Notes under the pieces: generated by a model
What the model was told of the DNA's origin: nothing
Database searches by the model: none
What the model saw: the letters and a program-made list of their open reading frames with translations, nothing else
Part shown: piece by piece, positions 52,466 through 64,000 of the stretch
Layout: each line of letters begins with the position of its first letter
Position numbering within the stretch: position 1 is the first letter of the stretch
Source: Octopus vulgaris
Taxonomy: Eukaryota
Assembly: GCA_951406725.2 (NCBI GenBank)
Contig: OX597814.1
Coordinates: 200,260,001 to 200,324,000 of the forward strand
Length of the DNA stretch: 64,000 bases
Direction of reading: 5' to 3'
Made by a program: the position numbers and the translations under genes

Positions 52466-52467
<2 letters not shown>

Positions 52468-52504
<37 letters not shown>

Positions 52505-52571
52505 TGTATATATATATGCATGTATACATATATATATATGCATGTATATATATATATATGTATATATATGC

Positions 52572-52612
<41 letters not shown>

Positions 52613-52918
52613 TGTATATATATACACACACTCAAACACACACACACATGCATACTTACATATACAAACACAACACACGTAGCTATAGTTTAACTAATGA
52701 ATAGACACTGACATATTCATTCATATTTCGTGTGTTTGTATAATAGTATTCAAGACATACACACCACATGCTCAAATGCATGAGTGTGAATGTGTCCACA
52801 CACATTTGTATTTGTGTATGTATGTGCACATGTGTGCATATATAAATATATATACACGTGTATATATGTACATATATATAAATATATACATATATGTATA
52901 TATACATGCATGTGTGTA

Positions 52919-52953
<35 letters not shown>

Positions 52954-53489
52954 GTACATATATATGAATATATATATATATATACATATATGTGTATATA
53001 TGTATGTACATATGTATACATGTGTATATGTACATATATATATGCATATAAATGTGTATATGTACATATATATGTATAAATATATATATATATATATATA
53101 CATATAAATGGGTATATGTACATATATATATAAATATATATATATACATATAAATGCGTATATGTATATGTACATTATATATATATATATATTTATATAT
53201 ATATGTACATATACACATTTATATGTATATATATATTTATATATATATGTACATATACATATACACATTTATATATATATATTTATATATATGTGTATAT
53301 GTATATGTACATATATATATAAATATATATATACATATGTGTATATGTATATGTACATATATATAAATATATATATATACATATAAATGTGTATATGTAC
53401 ATATATATAAATATATATATACATATAAATGTGTATATGTACATATATATAAATATATACATATATGTATATATACATGCATGTGTGTA

Positions 53490-53526
<37 letters not shown>

Positions 53527-54420
53527 GTACATATATATGAATATATATATATATATATATATGTGTATATATGTATGTACATATGTATACATGTGTATAT
53601 GTACATATATATATGCATATAAATGTGTATATGTACATATATATGTATAATATATATATATATATATACATATAAATATATATGTACATATATATATATA
53701 TATATATATACATATAAATGCGTATATGTATATGTACATTTATATATATATATATTTATATATATATACATATACACATTTATATGTATATATATATGTA
53801 CATATATATATATATAAATATATATACATATAAATGTGTATATATATATGTACATATATATATATAATATATATATACATATAAATGTGTATATGTATAT
53901 GTACATATATATAAATGTGTATATGTACATATATATAAATATATATATATACATATAAATGTGTATATGTACATATATATAAATATATATATACATATAA
54001 ATGTGTATATGTATATGTACATAAATATATATACATATAAATGTGTATATATATATGTATATATATATATAAATATATATACATATAAATGTGTATATAT
54101 ATATGTACATATATATATATATAAATATATATACATATAAATGTGTATATATATATGTACATATATATATATAAATATATATACATATAAATGTGTATAT
54201 ATATATATATGTACATATATATAAATATATATACATATAAATGTGTATATATATATATATGTACATATATAAACAGATATATATATACATACATACACAT
54301 ACATATATATATATACATACATGTGTGTGTCTGTGTTTTTATGTGTACGTTTGTAAGTGTGCGTGTGTGTATGTTTGTGTACAATGACCTCTGTACATTA
54401 ATATATATACATACATTCAT
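52468..54420. repeat. ~2-kb compound TA/TG/CA microsatellite-minisatellite just after the PDE1 stop codon
   Basis: Seen directly, with recurring ACATATAAATGTGTATAT units. Confidence 0.97.
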
Positions 54421-57400
54421 TCATATACATTTGAATATAACAAAGTAATACATGCCTTAGTGTTGAATCTGCCATCAGAACTAAGGCCATGATAATTTCT
54501 CATCATGTGCCACAGTGTACCATTCTACTGCTAGCTTTCATTCTGAGTGTTGGATCCAACAGCATTTGCCTTAATGCTGGCCACAAAACATCCCCATATA
54601 ATTCTTTTGCATTTTTTTCTCTTTTTATTTTTTTTCCCCAGATATTTATTCCATGAGAATCTAGAATCTTTCAGAATATAAGCATATAAATCAGGGCTTC
54701 ACTTACATATCATCACATCAAGATCGATGTTACTGTCAATAGCATTCACTTGATCTATAATTTATTGTATTCTTTCAATTAAATATATACAAAGTCAATT
54801 GCCATTTATATACAAACTTTTAATATCTACTTTTATTTTTAAGATATACCTAATAATTTTCATTTTTTAAAAATTTTTTATTCAACTATTTCTTTTCCTT
54901 TTTTTTTTTTTTTAAACCTTGGATTCTATATATTTTAGCATATTTTCAGAAGATCATAAAATGAATGGTTCTGAAATAGAAGTTTTAGGAAGCACTGCAT
55001 TGCTGATCAAATACTTCATAAAAAAAAAACTGTTAACAAATGGATTATATACGCTCAACAGGATGGCCAGGGATTTAGACTAGCTATATAATAATTATGT
55101 TTGCACTTTATATATTTAAATTATCTAAATTTAACTGCTTTTTTTTTTTTTAAATATAAAATTGTTTTTGTAACTTATAGCAGTAACAAAACAAATTTGT
55201 ATCTATACATAAATATTCTTAAGTACTTGTGCTTAGAAATCCTGTTGTATAATTATTTCAGGATGAAAGTGAAATAGATCTCAGGATAAATTCTTTATCT
55301 GAAAATATTTGTTGATGAATGAATTGTCTCTAAAGTAAGGTAACTTCAAAAATAAACCATTTGATAAATACAGAGATATATTTATAGAACATCTAGGAAT
55401 TTCCATGAATGAATTTAGAAAGTTTAATTAATAACATTCAGTAAAATCATCCTTTTTTTTTCATGAGTGCTTGTATGATTAGTTATTTAGATTAGATCAA
55501 AACATGTTTGGTAAACAAGATATGCAAAGGGAAATGAAAAGTAATAGACGTAATTTGACTAATTTTATTGCGATGGCTTTTATAATGGAAACATCACACG
55601 CATTGAAAATAAACTTACTTTCTGCTACTGTTTTCTTAAATTTACCATTTTCCCAAAACAAATGTGCTTATTTTGCATTATCAATTAAAACTTCATTTTT
55701 ATCATCCGGTCTTCCATGAAATAGTTGCAATTAACCTGAACTAGATCCATAGCCTAAGTTCATAGCCTAAGATCCTTAGAAATATATAGAATATTTTGCA
55801 TGTTTATTAAAACTACATCACTCTTTAAACAAATCTGATATACTTTCAGAAAACCATTTGTAATTTGAAAAAAATAATCCATCTTTTAATCAACTAAATG
55901 TGATATGGTTTATTGCAGATGAAAACATTTTGATTACGGTTTAAAAATTATCATCGAAATGTAAGAAGTTTATTTCCTTTCTTTTCCTGTATTTTAGATA
56001 ATTTGAAGTTCTTAGTATAAATAAGTTTCTGAAATATAATGAACTATGTAAGTGAAGCCCGTTGCCTTTTCCAGTCGAAATAAGAAAAACTTAAACTTGG
56101 CAATGATAATCAATGACTTTGTAAAACAAAAATGTCAAATTTCTTATAACGAATGGTGATAAATAATTGTAATCAACGACAAGTGTGTGTTTATAACTCA
56201 CTCCTTTTTTTCCTTATGCATACATTCACACATACACAGTATATATATGTATATATATATATATATATATAGGAGCACTCCGTCGGTTAAGATGATGAGG
56301 GTCCCAGCTGATACGATCAATGGAGCAGCTTGCTTGTGAAACTATCATGCAAGTGGCTGAGCACCCCACGAACATGTGTACCCGTAATGTAGTTCTCAGG
56401 GAGATTCAGCATTACACAGAATGTGACAAGGCTGGCCCTTTGAAATACAGATAATACTCATTTTTGCCAACGTGAAATAAAGTCTTTTGCTCAAGGACAC
56501 AATGTGTGGCCGGGAATTGAACTCACAACCTTACAATTGTGAGCCGAATGCCCTAACCACAAAGCCACACGCCTTCACTATATACATATATATATATATA
56601 TACACTGTTGCGTATGTGTTTGTATAGACATACAAATGTGCATACATACACACACATATATATTTCTCTCTCTCTCTACACACACACACACACACAAATT
56701 CATACATTAATATGTACATGCATACATGAACATATATACAACAGAAACTAGGTGCTAGTTTGAAGATAGATATATCTGAATACACCATTTAGCAAAGCAA
56801 ACCACGAATACTACTTTTGAAACCATAACAAATACAGTTTGTATTTTATTCAAAATGTATTTTATTTTTCTCTATCTCTCTTAAACACACACACCCTATA
56901 CCTCAATCGAAACGATATAAATATCTCATGGTTGTAACAATCAGGTGAAATATAGATATTGTGCATAATAGAATCATGTGTTTTCTTAAATTTAAATCTG
57001 TCTCCAACTGTGAATAATAATTTCATAATAATCAACATTCATTCAAGCATTTGTGTGCCAGCTTACAGAAAGTATTTAACTGTATTTTATTCAAGGGAGA
57101 CAACCTTATGTATTCCTATTTCCAGCATCACAAGCGAAATATAATGGCCTTATCTCATGACACATAAAGTAGTATTTACTATAATTTTTTTCTTTCTCCT
57201 TTCTAAAATCTTTTTAAAAAATAAATCATCGTTGAGGCAAACTATATGAATCAACTGAGTTTCAAGACATTGAATAGCAAATTATTTTAAAATCTAAATT
57301 ATCAGCACACACACAGTTATTTAAGTGCTGTGATTTCTTTCTGTTATTCATCTGAGTTCCACAAATCCTCAATGATCATAACAGTTCTGTGATCAGCAAG

Positions 57401-58533
57401 GATTCAAAAACTATAAGCATCAAAAGAAGGTACGTCACTGCTGCATTGATATTTATCTTGCTTGTAAATTCATGCATATATATACATACATACACACTGG
57501 CATACATACACTCATTCTAGATGTAACCTAATATATATAATATTGAAATTTATTTCTATTGAGTGTTAAATCTGAACCTCGGCATTCAATTTTACATAGG
57601 TGAGGAAGAAATTAGTAAATTATTTCATAGCACTTTATAAAAGTTTAGTTTGAGAGAAATTGCTTAATGCTTAGATTATATGGATAAAGACAACAGCAAC
57701 AATGAGAATAATAATATTTTTTCTTTTACACAACAAAATATCAGTGATTTTAATTTTCATTCAGAAAACAAGTTATTAACCTAACTGTTATGAAGTTCCC
57801 AGACAGTACATGTTTGTGTGTGTTTTATGATTTAGGTTTCTTTGTGAAAGTTTATATTCATATAGAATCAAGTTCTAAAAATGTGTAAATTCCTATGACA
57901 GTGGTCCTTGGAGTGTAACCTCTTCTAATTATTTGGCATTTAATTTGTAAATAAGAAGTCTTATAAATAATACTTTTAAAGCTTTTAACTTATGAAAGCT
58001 TAAATTTCTAGTTTTCTTGAAGTACATATTGTTTCTATATGTAATGTCAATGATAGATTTGTTTCCAAGCAATCTTAAGTATTACTCTAAGATAGTTTTA
58101 TGAAAAACAAAATTAAGTGATGGTTAAATTATTTCCTAGATAGATTGTGCCAAAACATTTTGTTTTAACACAGGTGATTTTAAATGTTAAACAATAAACT
58201 GTTATTTTCTTTACTTTAGGGAAACACATGTAGTAAAATGTGTTGATGGTCGCTCTAATTGCACAAAATTAGTAATCATCATTAGGTCGTATTCTCTTTA
58301 GAAAACCGAAAATTTCATCCGCTTCTAGAGTTGTAGTGATTACTTTTATAATATCTACCTTTACAGATATTTAAAATGAATAAACAAATTGAAAAAAAAG
58401 TTCCTTTAAAAAAATACTATTTGTTCAAATCATATATTTTCAAATTTCAATTCCTTATAGTTATAGTCAGTTATAGAAAATAGTTATGTATAAAGTTCAT
58501 GTGTCACATTCTATCTGCATTAAATGGATGTTT

Positions 58534-58576
<43 letters not shown>

Positions 58577-59879
58577 GTAGGTTAATTATCTGTTAAATTA
58601 CTTGTTTATAATTGAAAATATGTAATAAAAAGAAAATTAGAACTTGTTACAGGCTTTTGAGAATATGATAGCAAATTGTTGTTTTTGTGGCAGTTTGTAT
58701 ATAAAACAGTAGCAAAATAAAAATAGAATCTGGATTTGAGTCTCAGATGGGATGATTTCCATCACTGTCCTTAATAATCATGATCAATAAATTATCAAAC
58801 GTATATATTGCCTTTAATGATCCTACTTATTGCAGTACTGTAAAATTGCTACAATAAGTCTGTAGTCTTTATGTTTTAAAAACTATGAACTACTATTTTG
58901 AAGTATTTAAAATATAAGTACTACAAATTCAAAATTTTCTTTCCTATACACAAAGTTTCGTTTTCTTAAAAAGGAAAAAAGAAAAAAAAACACGAAGGCA
59001 GATTTTCACAGCTCCCTCCAACAACTTTACTGGCAGTGTTAATATTTTTGCAGTTTGTAGAAGCCTCATTTTAAAGAGAAATCGTAAAAATCAATGTCAG
59101 AATTAAGTTAAAAAGTTCAACTAAATAGCAAGCAAAGACCTTTGTAAAATATTTTAATAGCCATGACTTATTAGTTTGCTAGTTAGAATCTTGCCGAAGT
59201 CAACTTTGCCTTCCGTTCTTTGGGCAGGGGGTGTCAATAAAAAGAACCAGTCCTAGTTGGTGAACTAGCAGAACTGTAAGGACATTAGACAGAATCCCTT
59301 GCAGAATTTGTGCCAGTTTTTGCATTCCGAGTTGAAATCCTGCCATGGTCTGCTTGGTGGGGCAGACATAATCTGTTGCCTATTTTAGCACCATCATCTG
59401 GTCCTGGGGTATCCTTAGCAGAATCCACTCTGTTTAAGTATATCTTCTTTCTTCTCTCCAAAAGTCTTGGAGGCCCTATTAATGAATGATAGGCATTGCC
59501 TTCCCTCCCAACTGTAAAGACTTAAAAAAAAATTATCTTCATTAATTTGTGTTTAGTCAAGATGACAAGCACCTTTTTACTCTTCCTCATATTTATTCCT
59601 ATTGATGTTCAGCTGGAATTAAGGACAGTGATGCACTTTATCTGTTGTCCAATTCAATACCACCACATGGGCCTAGTGAGTTTAAAGCCAGATCCTCAAG
59701 TTCATTTATGCCAAACTGTCTCAGAGGTCCTGGAAAGAGCTAAATTATAAAACCTGAGAGCATGACAAATGAGAATTAACAGGATTTATTTGCCAGTAAT
59801 ATGGCAACACATCCAAGTGAATCCAAAGATACAGTCTTCATTGATGCATTAATGATGATGATAATAATGAAATTATTGT

Positions 59880-60415
59880 GTATAGTGCTCAGGTGCACCA
59901 CAACTCATTAAAGGTGCATGTACGGCACATAGAATTATGTTCAAAAGTCAGGAAAGTGAACAGTGTATGAGTAACGGTGTGCATGTGTATGAAGGTGGGG
60001 ATATCAGGTGTAGCGTTGGTGAATTTCAGGAAGCATGGAGGTTTTAAAGGATGCAATGTTTCGGCATCAAACAACTGATGAGTGTGAAAAAATGTTTCTG
60101 AAAGTCATGAGAGCTGTGCTGTTTTCTGACTTCCTAGGCATGCCCCTGTGTTTTAGACACATGGATTTCAAAAGGGTGCTCAGGTTTGTTGTTGGCAAGA
60201 TGGTTAATAATTTTGTGGGTGTTTACCAAGTCAGTTGCCAGACATTGGAGCTTCAGTGTATCTATGCCCAGGAAAGCAAGGCATTCAGAATATGGTAGAT
60301 GCCTGATGGAGGATATTCACTTGGTTGCACGTCTCTGAACAGTTTCCGGGAGGTCAATGTCCTGAGCAAGATAGGGGTTCCAGACTGGTGATGCAATTTC
60401 CAAGTGTCGCCACAT
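59880..60415 (-). mobile_element. Degenerate CR1/L2-type LINE 3' fragment
   Basis: Minus strand translates RHLEIASPVWNPYLAQDIDLPETVQRRATK*ISSIRHLPYSECLAFLG, a CR1 RT C-terminal motif. Confidence 0.75.
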
Positions 60416-61275
60416 GTATGCATCTGATATTTAATTTATCAACCCCAAAAAGATGAAAGGCAAAGTTGACCTTGGCGGAATTTCAACTCAGGATGTAAAG
60501 ACAGACAAAATACCACTTAGCATTTCGCCCGGCGTGCTAATGTTTCTGCCACCTTGAAGACACCCTATATTGAAAAAGAAACACTGTCTATATATTTACT
60601 TGCATGAAATAGAGCTTTATTAGCTATAATAACTAACCAGGGAAGAGTATAATTTGAAGTCTTTTTTCTTCTTCAAAAGGAATTACAATGTATATTATTA
60701 GCTTAGGAAAAATTTAATTTCTTTTTTAAATGACTATTTAGAAAAATTAAAACCCTGCAATTTTCAGATTATTTTCTTTCAGTTACTCTCGAAGTGAATT
60801 ATGATAGAATCTACCAAACCAGACAGATCTACAGAATATATTCTCATTTGCATAGTATAGTTAATTTTTGTCAGGACGAAATTATACTGGGTGTCTGAAA
60901 CAAAATACTGAGTAGAAGAAGTCCTGACATCCAGCTAACTCCCGGTGATACAAAATTTATATTAAATTTATATTCTCAACAAATTATAATGTGAAATTAA
61001 TACTCTTATCTACCAGATATAATTTTATCCATCAAATTTATTTTATTTAGGTGTTAGTAACATTAGAAATGTTTTTCAAAATATCTGACCTCAGAATTTT
61101 AGGGAAAAAAATTGAAAATCTAGCAAGATTATTATTATTTAATTCATATTCATAAAAATATTTGTTTAATGCCAATTACAGAATACATGGCTTCTGGAAC
61201 TGTGAAATTGTTTATAGCACTATTTAAGATTATATCAGCTTATTCTTTTACATATAATTGTTCTGTTAGGTTTTA

Positions 61276-61470
61276 AGGCGGTGAGTTGGCAGAATTGCTA
61301 GCATGCTGGGCAAAATATTTAATGGTATTTCGCCTGTTGCTACATTCTGAATTCATATTCCGCCAAGGTAGACTTTGCCTTTCATCCTTTCGGGGGTTGA
61401 TTAAATAAGTACCAGTTATGTACTGGGATCGATGTAATCGACTTAATCCCTTCCCCCAAGCTGCCATTGT
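61276..61470 (+). mobile_element. SINE family A
   Basis: Head and core match the other family A copies. Confidence 0.8.
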
Positions 61471-63239
61471 GGCAAAAATTTGAAATCATTACACTAGAAG
61501 GTTTTAAAAAGAATATTAAAAATAAAGAACATTTAAAAATATAGTTAATTACTTGAAAATACTTCCTCGGAATTTACGTATCAAAATACATTATCAAAAA
61601 ACTGTAAGCTAGGTAAATTTAAAGAACATTCCAACACGTTAAAGGAAAACACTGATCAGCTCAAACTTAACGATCAACATCATTAAACTCAGTTGTCTCT
61701 CATATAATGACTCATAGGTATTTCTTCCATAACTAGATATTCATTAGAATCTTACATTTTCTTCTTTTCTTATGTTTTTTTCTTAAAAAAACTTAAATTC
61801 AAATTTCCCATTTATTCCATATTGTGTAAGCTTTTGATCTTTTTTTTAAACTAATAATAGATACGGTATGTTACATTTCTGTTTTTTGAAACAAATATTT
61901 AAGAATATTATTGTACGTGTTTTATGCTACTAACAATATTCCACACAAAAAAAAAAACACATCAATTATCTTTGTATTTTAATGTTTATTTTGTTTACAA
62001 TTGAATAATTAAAAAAAGAGTTTTATTTGTAATAATTTTATTGACGTGAAAACTTCCAGCCCTATAGCTCAGGTTCCAATATTACTAATATTACGATTAG
62101 TGTTTATTTTAATTAACCTCCCTAAACGATATATTTTTTTTGTTTTTTGATTCTGTTTTGCTCTAATATTTTGTGGCCAAATTTCTTAATGGTAAACAAA
62201 ATGATGTAAAAAAAAAAAAAACACTGGTAACAGTACTGAAAAATAATAATTAAAAAAAAAATGTTTAATCAGTTTGAATCCACAAGTTGGTGTTAATTCT
62301 CTGAGTATAGAAGTATTGACAACACTCTGCTTACCAAAGTGACAACAATATTTTCTGCTGCTTTAATCTATAATAATTTAAAAACAAAACAAAAAAAATC
62401 AATGCCTCATGCGCATCAATATTTCTTTTGCGTGGCTGTGTGTGTCTATGGATGTGAATGCATATGTGTGTATAACAAACAAAAAGAACTGAAATAAAAT
62501 TTAAAAAAAAAGACAAAACAAAATCAACAACAACAAATGTCTGTAATTATCATTCATGTTTCTTTGGGTTTTTTTTTAATGGTCTTCTTTGTGATATTCA
62601 AATTTGAGAAAATATTTTCTGTGCACTCTGAACACATCCTCCTATAGTCTGATAAGTGAACGACAGGAGGGATATAACATGCATGGCACATAAACTGTAC
62701 TAAAAACGGTACACATTACATATATAATGCATGAGATCATTTAATTATATATTTTGCACCACATCAATCTAAGCATTGTTCTTTTTCACATAGAATATTA
62801 TTATTATTATATTATTATTATTATTAGTATTATTATAGATATACTTTCAATATTGAAAAATTGAAGTTTGACAATTTGATCAGCAATATTGTTATTTATT
62901 ATTTTAAAACTTGTTCTTCGAAACAAAAAACTTGACATTATTATTATTATTATTAGATTGTTTATTCTATTCAATTTCCCACCAAAGTTCTTTATATATC
63001 TTCTACTGAACACTTCAATAATAATGATAATAATAATAATAACAACAATAATAATAATAGCCAAAGAAAGGCCTTCTTCCACCACTTCTTAAACATAAAT
63101 TAGAATACTTGAGATTTGCTATCAACTACATACTTTCTGTCTATTTTTTTAACTTGATATTTACCTTAAAAAAAAAACAACAAAAAAAAAAGAAATGCAA
63201 TTTGACAATATTTGTACCCACTAAGAACATTTATCAAAG

Positions 63240-63509
63240 TTTATATATATATAAACACACATTTAGATACATGTACATCTATATATATATATACACACAC
63301 ACATACATACATACATTTATATGTATGTATAAGTATGTATATATATCTATATGTATGTATATATATGTATGTATGTGTATATATATATGTGTATATATAT
63401 ATATGTGTATATATATGTATGTGTATATATATATATATGTATGTGTATATATATGTATGTATATATATATATATGTATATATATATATGTATGTATATAT
63501 ATATGTATG

Positions 63510-63545
<36 letters not shown>

Positions 63546-63945
63546 TGTATGTATATATGTATGTATGTATATATGTATGTATATATATATATATATGTAT
63601 GTATATATATATATATGTATGGATATATATATATGCATATATATATGTATGTATATGTATATATAATTATATGTGTATAAATATATATACATATAATTAT
63701 ATACATATATATACATATATATATGTATATAATTATATGTATATATATATATATATGTATATAATTATATGTATATATATATGTATATATATATATGAAT
63801 ATACTTATATGTATATATATGTATGTATATAATTATATGTATATATATGTATATAATTATATATATGTATATAATTATATGTATATATATATATGTATAT
63901 GTGTGAGTACACATACATATACAGACACACACACACACAGTTATA
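63240..63945. repeat. Compound (TA)n/(TATG)n microsatellite
   Basis: Seen directly. Confidence 0.97.
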
Positions 63946-64000
63946 CACACACTAATACCCTTGCTTCACGATTGGTGTGTTAAATGTCTATTACTTTTTG

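Noticed and set aside
1-64000. CRISPR arrays, operons or other prokaryotic systems
   Set aside because: The window has a eukaryotic spliced gene and no regularly spaced repeat-spacer arrays.

Overview
This is AT-rich, repeat-dense animal DNA. The SINE families and the long (TA)/(CA) microsatellites point to an octopus or other coleoid cephalopod, which is inferred rather than proven. The window holds the last 11 coding exons (5..52312, + strand) of a Ca2+/calmodulin-dependent cyclic nucleotide phosphodiesterase 1 (PDE1) gene. The exons splice in frame through the whole HD catalytic domain to a TGA stop, and a microsatellite-rich probable 3' UTR follows. The introns contain a near full-length CR1-group LINE (- strand, ~27085..31229), RTE/CR1 fragments, two Tc1/mariner relics, Helitron/Helentron/piggyBac-type non-autonomous elements and many tRNA-derived SINEs. 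The most notable observations are: (1) a tRNA-headed SINE family carrying a minimal type I hammerhead ribozyme, with a Penelope-style inverted 5' duplication in all three copies; (2) a second hammerhead repeat family; (3) a LINE ORF1 with an unusual Myb/SANT-trihelix plus CCCH zinc finger architecture; (4) a LINE-SINE shared 3' end with compensatory base changes in a hairpin; (5) a perfect 92-bp inverted repeat flanked by a 14-bp direct duplication. Most short ORFs in the supplied track are microsatellite or repeat artefacts.
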